A stretch of 47,795 nt of DNA, from IMG/VR virus record IMGVR_UViG_3300038393_000411, positions 1 through 47,795 of that record; one strand, written 5' to 3'. Of the stretch, positions 7,425-16,776 are shown one piece after another; position 1 is the stretch's first letter; every line of letters starts with the position of its first letter. The notes beneath the pieces were generated by a model that was not told the DNA's origin, did not search any database, and saw nothing but the letters and a program-made list of their open reading frames with translations. The translations under genes and the position numbers were made by a program. The stretch comes from a virus. Lineage: Duplodnaviria > Caudoviricetes.

Positions 7425-8870
7425 ATGGCCGATAACGACATCACTTACAACCGCATCCCGGCGGAAGTGCTCGAGCGGTGGAAGGTCGTGCGCGACGTTT
7501 GCTCTGGCGACCAGGCGCTGCGCAAGGGCGACTACCTGCCGTACCTGAACAAGAGCGACACCTCGGAGGAGAATGTCGAGCGAAACCGGGCGTACCGCGA
7601 GCGTGCCGTTCTGTATGCAGCGACAGGTTTCACCCTGGCGGGCTTGATCGGTCTGGCATTCCGGCATCAGCCAAAGCACAACCTGCCCGACAAGCTGAAA
7701 TATCTGCTCACCGATGCAGATGGCGCAGGGATCAGCATCTACCAGCAGGCACAGGCCACGCTTGCGAACGTGCTCGGCCCGGGGCGACATGGTCTGTACA
7801 CGGACTACAGCAGCAATCTCAAGCGCCCTGTCATCAAGCCGTATCTAGCCGAAGACATCATCAACTGGCGTCCGACAGTGGTGGGCGGTAAGACCGTCCT
7901 GTCGCTCGTTGTGCTGCGTGAGGATGCGCAAGAAGTCGACGAATACGCGACCCGCACGGTTCCGCAGTGGCGCGAGTTGTTCCTGAACGCGCAGGGGTAT
8001 GCGACGTGCCGCTTATGGCGCCTGGATGATGCGGACAAGCCGCAGATCGTCCAAGTCGAGGACGCCGACGGGAATTTGGTCGACGAACTCGTGCTGCGAT
8101 CTTCCGGTGCGCCGTTCGATTACATTCCGTTCGAGTTCACCAACAGCCAGAACAACGACTCGGCGATCGACGACAGCCCGCTCTACGGGCTTGCCAAGGT
8201 CAATCTTGCCCACTTCCGCAACTCGGCCGATTACGAAGATGCGGCCTTCATGCACGGCCAGTCCCAGTTCTGGATATCCGGCCTGACGGAAGAGTGGCGC
8301 GATCACCTAGAAAAGCAAGGTATGTACATCGGCGCGCGTAAGCCGATGCTACTCCCGGTCGAAGGCGCATGCGGATTCGCGCAAGCCCAGCCGAACATGG
8401 TTGCCAAGGAGGCGATGGAGCACAAAGAGGAGCAGATGGTAGCTCTCGGCGCTCGCTTGATCGACAAAAAGTCGGCTGTGAAGACCGCAACGCAGTCCGA
8501 GGGCGAGCGCGAGGCTTCGACTTCCATCCTCGCCCTGTGCGTGTCGAACGTGAGCGAGGCTTATCAGCGCTCGATTCGTTCCTGCGCCCGCTACCTCGAT
8601 ATGACGCTTCCCGAAGGCGAAGACCTGTTCGAGATCAATCAGGACTTCACGACTGTCTCCAACGACCCGCTGACGATTTCTGCGCTGGTCGGCGCATGGC
8701 AGCAAGGGCTAATGGCGAAAGAGGACGTGCGCAGCTACTTCCGGCGCCAGGGAACGATCGATCCCGAGCGCACCGACGAACAAATCGACGCGGACCTCAA
8801 GAAATCGCCGCCGCCCGCACCGACTCCAGCCGCGACGACGGCGAAGAAGGACTCGGCCGCGGCCCAATGA
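7425..8870 (+). CDS. Portal protein (DUF4055-like)
   Basis: Follows terL; Y..RA..Y, DADG.G, NLAHFRNSADYE and LGARLI motifs. Confidence 0.9.
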   Translation: MADNDITYNRIPAEVLERWKVVRDVCSGDQALRKGDYLPYLNKSDTSEENVERNRAYRERAVLYAATGFTLAGLIGLAFRHQPKHNLPDKLKYLLTDADGAGISIYQQAQATLANVLGPGRHGLYTDYSSNLKRPVIKPYLAEDIINWRPTVVGGKTVLSLVVLREDAQEVDEYATRTVPQWRELFLNAQGYATCRLWRLDDADKPQIVQVEDADGNLVDELVLRSSGAPFDYIPFEFTNSQNNDSAIDDSPLYGLAKVNLAHFRNSADYEDAAFMHGQSQFWISGLTEEWRDHLEKQGMYIGARKPMLLPVEGACGFAQAQPNMVAKEAMEHKEEQMVALGARLIDKKSAVKTATQSEGEREASTSILALCVSNVSEAYQRSIRSCARYLDMTLPEGEDLFEINQDFTTVSNDPLTISALVGAWQQGLMAKEDVRSYFRRQGTIDPERTDEQIDADLKKSPPPAPTPAATTAKKDSAAAQ

Positions 8871-8943
8871 TTTTCCACCCTCGATAGCCGGGGGTTCCAT
8901 CGGCACAAGGTGCCAGTCAATAACCATCCCAAGGGGATAACAC

Positions 8944-9714
8944 ATGTTCATTCGTAAGCACTTTCTCCGTAACGAAGCCGGCGACGATGGCGGTTCTGGC
9001 GGCAGCGGCGGCAGCGTCACGATCACGCCCGAGCTGCAAGCAATCATCGACGCCCGGGTCGGCGATGCTGTTTCCGGGCTCAAGGCCAAGAACAGCGAAT
9101 TGCTCGGCAAATTCAAAGCCGCCAGCGACGACCTGAAGCGCTACGACGGCATCGATCCGGACGCCGTGCGCACCATCCTGGCGAAATTCGCCGACGACGA
9201 GGAAGCGGGCCTGATCAAGTCGGGCAAGATCGACGAGGTGCTCAACAAGCGCACCGAGCGGATGCAGGCGGAGAACGCGAAGGCACTGAAAGCCGAGCAG
9301 GAAAAGTACGAGCGCGCCGAATCGAAGGCTTCGAAGTTGGCCGCCCGCACCCTGTCGGCTGCCATCAAGGACGCCGGCCTGAAATCCGGCGCGTATCCGG
9401 AAGCGCTCGACGACATCGTCTTGCGTGGCCAGAACCTGTGGCGCCTGAACGACGACGGCGAGCCGGTCGCGATGAACGGCGACGAGATCGTGCTCGGCAA
9501 GGACGGCAAAACGCCGCTCACGCCGATGGAATGGGCTGAATCCTTGCGGGAAACCGCACCGCACCTGTGGCCCAAGGCCCAGGGCAGCAACGCACCTGGC
9601 AGCAACGGCGACAAAGGCGCACCGAAGAAGGGCAAAGCCCCGGAGCGCAAGGACTACGCCGATGACATCGCCTATACGAAGGCGGCGGCGCGCTATCACG
9701 CGCAGTCGGACTAA
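8944..9714 (+). CDS. Capsid scaffolding protein
   Basis: Coiled-coil, GLKAKNSELL, APHLW..GS.A.G tail; lies between portal and capsid. Confidence 0.85.
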   Translation: MFIRKHFLRNEAGDDGGSGGSGGSVTITPELQAIIDARVGDAVSGLKAKNSELLGKFKAASDDLKRYDGIDPDAVRTILAKFADDEEAGLIKSGKIDEVLNKRTERMQAENAKALKAEQEKYERAESKASKLAARTLSAAIKDAGLKSGAYPEALDDIVLRGQNLWRLNDDGEPVAMNGDEIVLGKDGKTPLTPMEWAESLRETAPHLWPKAQGSNAPGSNGDKGAPKKGKAPERKDYADDIAYTKAAARYHAQSD

Positions 9715-9756
9715 CCAACAACGCCCCGCATGGGGCAACACTGAAAGGTCAGCATC

Positions 9757-10758
9757 ATGGCTATCGGTAAGGCAAGCGATTTCAAGATTTATAACGAGCA
9801 GTTCTTCGGTGGGCTGGTCGAAACTCTGACGCAGGACACCTCGGCACTGAACAGCGTCGGCATCCGTGTCAGCGGCCGCGCCATCAAGGGCGACTTCGAA
9901 CTGCAGAGCTTCATCAAGAAGATCAGCGGCACCGTCAGCCGCCGCGACACGACCGTCGTGACCGCAGCGACGGACCTGGCCGTGCCGATGGACGAGAACA
10001 TCAGCGTCAAGCTGAACCGCAAGATCGGCCCGATCGCGCAGACGCTCGACGCATGGAAAAAGGCCGCGCTGCCGTTCCAGACCGACTTCGACGTCGACGG
10101 CGCGCAAGGCTTCTCGCGCTACCTGGGCTCGATGATCGCCAAGGACATCGAGGGCGAGATGCTGAATACCGCGCTGCTCGCGGCTCGGACCTTCCTGGAA
10201 GGTGCTGCATCGGGTGCGAACCTGTACACGATTGCCTCGAACGGCACGATGACCACGGCGGCGCTGATCAACCTGCTGGCGACGATGGGCGACGCATCGA
10301 GCAAGGTCAAGGCATGGGTCATGCACTCGAAGGTCTATTTCGACCTGATCCAGTACCAGGTCGCAGCCGCGAACAACGGCTCGGACGCCGCCTACGGCGT
10401 GATCCAGGCCGCGATGCCGCTGACCCTGAACCGTCCGGTGTACGTGACCGACTCGCCGTCGCTGGTCGTCGCCGGCACGCCGAACCTGTATCGCACGCTG
10501 GGTCTGGTCGAGGCAGGTATCGACATGATCAACAGCGAAGAGCAGACCGTCGTGCTGGACACCGTCACCGGCCTGGAAAACCTCGTGTCGCGCATGCAGG
10601 GTGAGTTCGCCTACAACCTGGCGATCAAGGGCGCCAAGTGGGACACCACCAACGGCGGCGCGAACCCGAACTCGACGGCCCTGGGCACGTTCTCCAACTG
10701 GGACCAGAGCGCGACGTCCAACAAGGACTTCGCCGGCTGCGTCTGCATCTCGGGCTAA
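9757..10758 (+). CDS. Major capsid protein
   Basis: 333 aa with strong codon bias; WVMHSK.YFDL, TLNRPVYVTDSP, KG.KWD..GG.NP motifs. Confidence 0.92.
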   Translation: MAIGKASDFKIYNEQFFGGLVETLTQDTSALNSVGIRVSGRAIKGDFELQSFIKKISGTVSRRDTTVVTAATDLAVPMDENISVKLNRKIGPIAQTLDAWKKAALPFQTDFDVDGAQGFSRYLGSMIAKDIEGEMLNTALLAARTFLEGAASGANLYTIASNGTMTTAALINLLATMGDASSKVKAWVMHSKVYFDLIQYQVAAANNGSDAAYGVIQAAMPLTLNRPVYVTDSPSLVVAGTPNLYRTLGLVEAGIDMINSEEQTVVLDTVTGLENLVSRMQGEFAYNLAIKGAKWDTTNGGANPNSTALGTFSNWDQSATSNKDFAGCVCISG

Positions 10759-10772
10759 TCGCCCGTCACCGC

Positions 10773-10801
10773 GCTGGCCCGCGGCGACCCTGCGGGCCAG
10801 C
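10773..10801 (+). terminator. Strong hairpin after the capsid gene (weak terminator or mRNA stabiliser)
   Basis: GCTGGCCCGC/GCGGGCCAGC 10-bp stem; poor U-tract. Confidence 0.5.
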
Positions 10802-10815
10802 TTCAAAGGAAAACC

Positions 10816-11103
10816 ATGCGATACAACATTGGCATCTATGCATCGAACGACTGGGCGCAGGCCCGTGCTTACGCCGACCATCTGCGCGCGCAAGAGCCGT
10901 GCGTCGTCCGCATCCGCGACGGCAGCCTGTTCACGGATGACCAGCGCGAGGATTTCGACGTCGTGTTCGTCAAAGGCGATTTCCCGGCTGTGATGGAAGC
11001 CTATCCGGACGCGCACCAAGTCGACGAGTTCCCCATCCCCGAACCGGAAGCCGCTGCGTCCAGCGACGCAGCTGACACGGAAACGAAGCACGACGCTGAA
11101 TAA
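10816..11103 (+). CDS. Hypothetical head-region protein
   Basis: AAGGA RBS, codon bias, synteny. Confidence 0.75.
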   Translation: MRYNIGIYASNDWAQARAYADHLRAQEPCVVRIRDGSLFTDDQREDFDVVFVKGDFPAVMEAYPDAHQVDEFPIPEPEAAASSDAADTETKHDAE

Positions 11104-11112
11104 GGCACCGCC

Positions 11113-11505
11113 ATGCTCACCGACGCACAAAAGGTCGACGTTCGCCGTTGGATGGGATATCCGACGCTGAACGCGGGCTATCCGGACACCATTTACACGG
11201 TGGCGTGGAATCGCTCGTACTTTCCCGTGTCGATCACGGAGAAGCTGGCGAACCTGACCGACAGCGAGGAATCTGTGCTGGTGAGCGTCTACCTGACGCC
11301 TCTCGCAACCCTGGAAGCTGCCATCCTGAGCGTCGGCGACAACCTCGACACAAACAAGGCCGCCGTGTGGGAGCGCAACACCAACGAGCAGGCCGATCGT
11401 GAGCGCCTGTTCGACTCGGTGCGGCGCCGCATGTGCGCGTTCCTCGGCTTCAAGCCGGGCCCGGAACTTGGTGGCGGTGGCGGCTTGAATCTGGTGCGCG
11501 CATGA
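11113..11505 (+). CDS. Putative head-tail adaptor
   Basis: MLTDAQKVDVRRWMGY..NLDT.KAAVW; helical, about 130 aa, located after the capsid gene. Confidence 0.7.
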   Translation: MLTDAQKVDVRRWMGYPTLNAGYPDTIYTVAWNRSYFPVSITEKLANLTDSEESVLVSVYLTPLATLEAAILSVGDNLDTNKAAVWERNTNEQADRERLFDSVRRRMCAFLGFKPGPELGGGGGLNLVRA

Positions 11506-11942
11506 CCGTCATCGCGTGGGACGGCAAAACGCTCGCGGCTGACAAAGAGGCGAGCGACGCTTGGGTAAAGGCTTCGCGCACGACCAAGATTCACCGGCGC
11601 GATAACGGACTGCTGGCATTTGCCGGCAACGCGTCTATGGGCCGAGAATTGCTCGCATGGTTTGATGCGGGAGCAAATCCGGCGGATTTCCCCTCTGGGA
11701 ACCGCGACGCGAGCAACCCGACGCGCCTGATGCACATCACGCTCGCCGGGGAGATTCTGGTGTACGAGTGCGGGCCGTATCCGCTTCGCTTTGAGAACGA
11801 AATCTATGCGCTTGGATCCGGTCGTGAAGCCGCGTTGGCTGTGATGATGCTTGGCCATGACGCCACGAAAGCCGTCGAGATTGCGTCGCGTCTGTGCACC
11901 GGCTGCGGCAACGGCATCGATACACTGGAGTTACACCCATGA
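11502..11942 (+). CDS. Ntn-hydrolase (proteasome-beta/HslV-like) protein
   Basis: M-T-VIAWDG..LAADK, KI, FAG, ALGSG..A..A motifs with Thr at position 2. Confidence 0.75.
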   Translation: MTVIAWDGKTLAADKEASDAWVKASRTTKIHRRDNGLLAFAGNASMGRELLAWFDAGANPADFPSGNRDASNPTRLMHITLAGEILVYECGPYPLRFENEIYALGSGREAALAVMMLGHDATKAVEIASRLCTGCGNGIDTLELHP

Positions 11943-12553
11943 TGAACGGTGACCGCCTGCAGGGCTTGATCTACGCAGGCTATGCAAAGCTCGCGGCGCG
12001 CCAGGGCTCGATGTACGACGTCTACCGATTCGACGAGCCGATCGCGGTCACGGACGACATCTACAAGATCGCGCGCATCCCGGTCGCACTCGCAGCCGAG
12101 AAGAAGTTCGCGATCCCGAACAAGTACCAGCAGCCGGTGTGGTACTGCTACGCCGACGGCCGGGTGCTGCAGCCGCGCGACATCCTGATCGGGCCGGTCG
12201 GCACGTTCTACATCGGCGACATGCAGCCGAACCTGCCGATCCAGGCGGTGGAAACGAATCACGTGATCTCGATCGGCCGCGGCTCGTACGACGGCGGCGA
12301 CCAGACCGTCGAGTACTACGCGACCGATATCCCGTGTTTCATGCAGTTCAAGCGCGAGGATATCAAACAGTCGCAGTACGCGACCACGATGGGGCAGGCG
12401 ATTACGCACTGGACCACGTTCATTCCGCTGCCCGAAGGCACGCTGAAGCAGGATGACGTCGTGCAGGACGAGAACGGCATCCGATACATCGTCGACGCGC
12501 CAGATTTCACCAGCATCGGCTACGTCGCGCACTTACGGTTGATCACGATATGA
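11939..12553 (+). CDS. Putative head-closure protein
   Basis: Beta-rich with a D.V.DE.G.RY.V motif; synteny. Confidence 0.6.
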   Translation: MMNGDRLQGLIYAGYAKLAARQGSMYDVYRFDEPIAVTDDIYKIARIPVALAAEKKFAIPNKYQQPVWYCYADGRVLQPRDILIGPVGTFYIGDMQPNLPIQAVETNHVISIGRGSYDGGDQTVEYYATDIPCFMQFKREDIKQSQYATTMGQAITHWTTFIPLPEGTLKQDDVVQDENGIRYIVDAPDFTSIGYVAHLRLITI

Positions 12554-12975
12554 CGATGACCATGGATCTGGCGCAGGCGCTGGCATGCCTGAACCGCCTC
12601 GCCTCGCTCAACATGTCGCCGTGGATGGCGAAGGTCGGCCAACAGGCACAGCAAAGCGTGCAGCATCGCATCCAGCAGTCCAAGCAGGATCCGGACAACG
12701 CAGCGTGGTCGCCGTGGATGCCGAGGACCGAGAAGTACCGCACGAAGAAGGGTAACGCGGCCCAGGGCCTGTTGTGGGACGACGGAACGCTGCTCAATTC
12801 AATCAAGTTTCACTCGGCCCCGGACGGCGTCTCGGTGAGCAGCGAAGTGCCATATGCGGGCTACCTGCAGGACGGTACGGAACGCATGGCCGCGCGCCCG
12901 TTCATGGGCTGGTCCGACGAGGATATCGCCGGCGTGGAGTTCTCCGCGGTCCAGTTCATCGAGGCGCTGCTGTGA
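12550..12975 (+). CDS. Virion morphogenesis / tail completion protein (Mu gpG / P2 gpS-like)
   Basis: DPD..W.P..L.D.G.L.NSI..YA.Y.Q.GT..M.ARPF.G motif. Confidence 0.85.
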   Translation: MTMTMDLAQALACLNRLASLNMSPWMAKVGQQAQQSVQHRIQQSKQDPDNAAWSPWMPRTEKYRTKKGNAAQGLLWDDGTLLNSIKFHSAPDGVSVSSEVPYAGYLQDGTERMAARPFMGWSDEDIAGVEFSAVQFIEALL

Positions 12976-13175
12976 AAACGGTGCGTCTGTACCTCGATCA
13001 CACCGAACATCGCGACGGCAAGACCATCAAGCACAAGGCGGGCGAGGTCGTCGAACTGCCCGACGACGTCGCGGACTTCATCGTTCGCGCGACGCTGAAC
13101 AAGCGCGCCTCCGATCAGCAAATCGCCGAGAACACGCCGGGCACGCCGGAAAGGAATCGCAAGCATGATCTCTGA
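12972..13175 (+). CDS. Small hypothetical tail-region protein
   Basis: GTGA overlap; H.H..G..H.AGEVVELPDD.A pattern. Confidence 0.65.
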   Translation: MKTVRLYLDHTEHRDGKTIKHKAGEVVELPDDVADFIVRATLNKRASDQQIAENTPGTPERNRKHDL

Positions 13176-13614
13176 AAACGCAGCCGACCTCGTCGCGCGC
13201 GTGACGTCGGTTCCCGCCTTGGCGAATTCCGCCGGCTTGGCGCTCGGCGGCCGCGGCGCCGACCCTGCATTGACCAAGATTCCACTGCCGGCGGCATGGA
13301 TCATGTTCGGCAAGGATCAGGTCGACGAATCGCCTTACGGCACTTCTCAGTCCGGCGGGCGCGGCGGCTTGATCCCGAGCGGCGAGAACGTGCAGCAGGT
13401 TTTTTCCGTTGTGATCTACGTGCCGTACATCAGCCAGGACGACCTGCTGACCACTCAATACCCGCTACTGGAATCCGTGATCGCCGCGGTCCGCAACAAC
13501 GGCCAAGCTGCCCCCTCCGGCAATCGCTGGCGATACATCGGCCAGAAGCTCGCCATGGTTTACCCGGACCGCCTCGCCTACGAACAGCACTACACGCTCG
13601 ACGCTTTCATGTAG
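13165..13614 (+). CDS. Putative tail terminator
   Basis: LPAAW motif, about 150 aa, synteny. Confidence 0.65.
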   Translation: MISENAADLVARVTSVPALANSAGLALGGRGADPALTKIPLPAAWIMFGKDQVDESPYGTSQSGGRGGLIPSGENVQQVFSVVIYVPYISQDDLLTTQYPLLESVIAAVRNNGQAAPSGNRWRYIGQKLAMVYPDRLAYEQHYTLDAFM

Positions 13615-13661
13615 CAGCAACCTGCCCGCGGTGAGCGGGATTCTCTCAACAAGGAAATATT

Positions 13662-14450
13662 ATGCCCCTCATCAGCAATAACGATCTGCAGGCCATCGGC
13701 GACAAGCTCGCACGCTTTGCCGCCATGTCGGTCGGCGATCCGGCGTTCGACAGTTCGTTCACCGCCGGCCTCGACGCTGCAAGCAACGCGGTCCTGTCCG
13801 GCTCCGGCAGCATCGCGCAGTACCTGCTCGATTCGAACGACGAAGCCGTGACGGCCGACCTGCTGCCGGCGGCGCGCGACCTGGACGAGTCGCATCCCGT
13901 CGTGCCGACCGGTTTCCTGCTCGGCATCCCGGGCATCAGCGCAATGATCAAGGCGCTGGATACCCACGTGAAGCGTTACGCAGCTGCAGCGAACCTCGAC
14001 GCCTACCTGTCGACGCTGAACGCCTCGGGCCCGACGCTGCGCTTCCATGCGGCTTTCACCGATCACCTCAAGACGCTGTCGGCCAAGAACGTGTTCATCG
14101 GCGCCGATCTGGACATCGCCCGCGTGAACGTCACCGGCGCCACGACCGGCACCTACACGCACCTGGCCGCGATCGACAAGACGAAGTATTCCGGCGCCAA
14201 GCTGGTGGCCAAGAACGTCGGCGCGCTGACGGCAACGACCGCACTGTCGATCACCGGCAAGAAGTTCGACGGCACGACCGCGATGCTGACGGTCTCAATC
14301 GCCACGCTGACCGACGGCACGGAAACGAACCTGTCCGACGTCACCAAGGTGTTCGTCGACGTGACCGGCATCACGGTGACCTCGGGCGGCACGTCCGGCA
14401 ACGTCATCAAGATCGTCGCCAAGACCGACCGCGATATCTCGGCCGCCTAA
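13662..14450 (+). CDS. Unassigned probable structural protein
   Basis: AAGGA RBS, capsid-level codon bias, Thr-rich beta C-terminal half. Confidence 0.75.
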   Translation: MPLISNNDLQAIGDKLARFAAMSVGDPAFDSSFTAGLDAASNAVLSGSGSIAQYLLDSNDEAVTADLLPAARDLDESHPVVPTGFLLGIPGISAMIKALDTHVKRYAAAANLDAYLSTLNASGPTLRFHAAFTDHLKTLSAKNVFIGADLDIARVNVTGATTGTYTHLAAIDKTKYSGAKLVAKNVGALTATTALSITGKKFDGTTAMLTVSIATLTDGTETNLSDVTKVFVDVTGITVTSGGTSGNVIKIVAKTDRDISAA

Positions 14451-14477
14451 TCAACTCCCCTCGAAAGGTAAATCACC

Positions 14478-15236
14478 ATGGCATACAACGACAATTCCTA
14501 CGGCCTGTTCCAGGGGCAGCTGTTCCTCGCTCCGCGCGTCATGAACGGCGCGCTGACTGGCGGCTACAAGCCCGTGGGCGACGCCGACATGTTCACGATC
14601 GACCCGAAGCAGAAGTTCGAGGACATCAACGAGAGCCAGACCGGCCTGGGTCTGACCGCGGCGCACATCCCGACCGAGACCTCGATCTCTGTCAAGATGC
14701 GCATGCTGAACATCAAGCTGGACAACTGGGAGCGCGCAATCTGGGGCACGCAGTCGGGTGCGCAGGCCGGCGGCACCGTGTCGGGTGAGGCGATTACCCT
14801 GTATGCTGATTCGGTAGCGCCGCTGGCTCACCCGGGCGTGTCGAGCGTGGCGATCGCCGGCCTGACGGCAGACGTGGACTTCACCGTCGATGAGCGCCTG
14901 GGCGCCGTGACGATCCTGCCAACGTCGACCGCGACCTTCCCGATGACGACGACGGCCTCGTACACCTATGACGCCTACAGCGGCAAGGTCGAGGCGTTCA
15001 CCAAGAACCAGCCCGTGTTCTCGGTCCTGCTGCTGGGTATCAACACGGCCAACTCGAACCAGCCGGTCAAGGTCGAGTGCTACCAGTGGGCGCCGGATAT
15101 GGCGAAGACCATCAGCCTGTTGGAGCGCAAACACATGGTGTTTGAGCTCGATGGCATGCTGTTACAAGACCAAGCGCGACCGCTGCCTACGGCTGACTCG
15201 CCACTGTCCCAGTTCTTCCAAATCGTAAAAAGCTAG
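14478..15236 (+). CDS. Major tail tube protein
   Basis: GQLF..VGD..ES.TG..GINTA..PV.VE motifs of siphovirus tube proteins. Confidence 0.85.
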   Translation: MAYNDNSYGLFQGQLFLAPRVMNGALTGGYKPVGDADMFTIDPKQKFEDINESQTGLGLTAAHIPTETSISVKMRMLNIKLDNWERAIWGTQSGAQAGGTVSGEAITLYADSVAPLAHPGVSSVAIAGLTADVDFTVDERLGAVTILPTSTATFPMTTTASYTYDAYSGKVEAFTKNQPVFSVLLLGINTANSNQPVKVECYQWAPDMAKTISLLERKHMVFELDGMLLQDQARPLPTADSPLSQFFQIVKS

Positions 15237-15290
15237 GACTATCTAGTGGCAATAGCAAGGTTTTTCGAGATTCAAAGGTAAACTGGAAAA

Positions 15291-15367
15291 GCGGGCGAAA
15301 AGGCCGGCCAGCCATTTCGGTGTCACACCACCGAATAGCCCGCATCTTCCATATCAGCCGTGTGAGG
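15291..15367 (+). ncRNA. Candidate cis-regulatory pseudoknot leader of the HNH gene
   Basis: GCGGGC/GCCCGC outer stem, TTCGGTG/CACCGAA inner stem; loop TCACAC is complementary to GTGTGA overlapping the RBS. Confidence 0.55.
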
Positions 15368-15373
15368 TTGTCC

Positions 15374-16147
15374 GTGAATTATCAAAAGCATTACGACTCA
15401 TTAATCGAGCGAGCCAGATTGCGAAAGTTCGATGCAAAAACAGAATCGCACCACATTATCCCGCGCTGCATGGGCGGATCAAATGCGAAATCAAATCGTG
15501 TTGATTTAACGCCAGAAGAGCATTTCGTGGCGCATCAGTTGTTGGTAAAGCTTTATCCACACATCAAAGGGCTGGTTAAAGCTGCCGCCATGATGGTGAC
15601 GAACAGGTCGGTCAATCGAACGAAGAACAAGACGTACGGATGGTTGCGGCGACTTCATTACGAGGCTCGTGTTGGCGTTCCGTGTTCGCCTGAAACACGA
15701 GCAAAACTCAGCATCAAGCACAAAACAAGTGAAGCTGCAAAAGCGGCTCGCGCAAAGCTGGCCGCTGCGCAGGTTGGACGAAAGCGCAGCGAGGCTTCTC
15801 TCAAGAAAATGAGCGAGTCCAAAAAAGGCGTGCCATTAAGCCTTGAAGCGCGGAAGAAGATGAGTGAGGCTCAAAAGGGGCGAGAGTTTTCGCAGGAGTG
15901 GCGAGCGAAGCTAAGTGCTAGCGCCATCGGCAAACGCAACTCGTTAGGGGCTGTGCGGTCGCTGGAAACACGCGAAAAGATTAGGGCCGCGAAAGTCGGC
16001 AAGAAATTGACGCCCGAGCAGATAGAGAAGAGATGGACCATAAAAACCCCAGAAGAACGGAGCGCCATTCTTCGTAAAGGATGGGAAACGCGACGCGCAA
16101 AAGCAGCGTTGAATCAGAATGCAAATATGGAGGTGAATTTTGTCTGA
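15374..16147 (+). CDS. HNH homing endonuclease with NUMOD3-like repeats
   Basis: NYQKHY..ESHHIIPRCMGG.N..N.V.LTPEEHFVAH.LL, then S.ET..K.S repeats; lower GC. Confidence 0.9.
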   Translation: MNYQKHYDSLIERARLRKFDAKTESHHIIPRCMGGSNAKSNRVDLTPEEHFVAHQLLVKLYPHIKGLVKAAAMMVTNRSVNRTKNKTYGWLRRLHYEARVGVPCSPETRAKLSIKHKTSEAAKAARAKLAAAQVGRKRSEASLKKMSESKKGVPLSLEARKKMSEAQKGREFSQEWRAKLSASAIGKRNSLGAVRSLETREKIRAAKVGKKLTPEQIEKRWTIKTPEERSAILRKGWETRRAKAALNQNANMEVNFV

Positions 16148-16559
16148 AGACCTGAAAGCCCTGTTCCCGGGCCAAGAGGTCGTCGCCGGCGGGGAGACCA
16201 TCAAGGTTTCCCCGTTCGCCTTCGGCCAGTTGCCCAAGGTCGCCAAGTGCTTCGCGTCGATCAAGGACGTGATCGAAGGGGGTGACCTGATCGTGATCGC
16301 CTCGGTGGGCGGCGAGGATCTGATCGAACTTCTGTGCCTGGCCGCGAAAAAGGCGCGGTCGTGGTTCGACACGCTGCCGGCCGACGAGGGCTTGGCGCTG
16401 ATGGCGGCCGTCATCCAGGTGAACCGGGATTTTTTCGTCCAGCGGATGTCTCCCGTGCTGCAGCGCCTCACGCAAGCCGTGAATGGGACTGGGGCGCCGT
16501 CGTCGCCCGCCTCATCCGCGCCGGCCACCGATGGGGCGACATCCCCGGGTACACCCTGA
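16140..16559 (+). CDS. Tail assembly chaperone (gpG-like)
   Basis: Between tube and tape measure; VN.DFF motif; GGAGG RBS with TTG start. Confidence 0.8.
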   Translation: MSEDLKALFPGQEVVAGGETIKVSPFAFGQLPKVAKCFASIKDVIEGGDLIVIASVGGEDLIELLCLAAKKARSWFDTLPADEGLALMAAVIQVNRDFFVQRMSPVLQRLTQAVNGTGAPSSPASSAPATDGATSPGTP

Positions 16560-16699
16560 GCCAGATCAAGCTGTTCCTGCGTGAGGCCAGCGTGCTTGAG
16601 CGGGAAGAGGCGGCGCAGCGCTTGGCGCACGGCTGGATGGCGGCGAATGCGGAGGGCGACAAGATCAACGAGGCGATCAAGACTCTCACCGGTGGCTGA
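16430..16699 (+). CDS. -1 frameshift extension of the tail chaperone (gpGT-like)
   Basis: Slippery T TTT TTC at 16430-16436; the -1 frame is open to 16699 (W..LI..GH..I.GYTL.Q). Confidence 0.75.
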   Translation, partial: FFRPADVSRAAAPHASREWDWGAVVARLIRAGHRWGDIPGYTLSQIKLFLREASVLEREEAAQRLAHGWMAANAEGDKINEAIKTLTGG

Positions 16700-16776
16700 A
16701 AACAGTACAAAAAGCTGATGCGCGGACGAATCTGCCGTAGTAGTTTACTTGCCAATTCACTAACGCGAGGTAAGTG

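Noticed and set aside
8917-11130. 737-aa ORF on the - strand
   Set aside because: Antisense shadow of the high-GC3 scaffold and capsid genes; no recognisable motifs.
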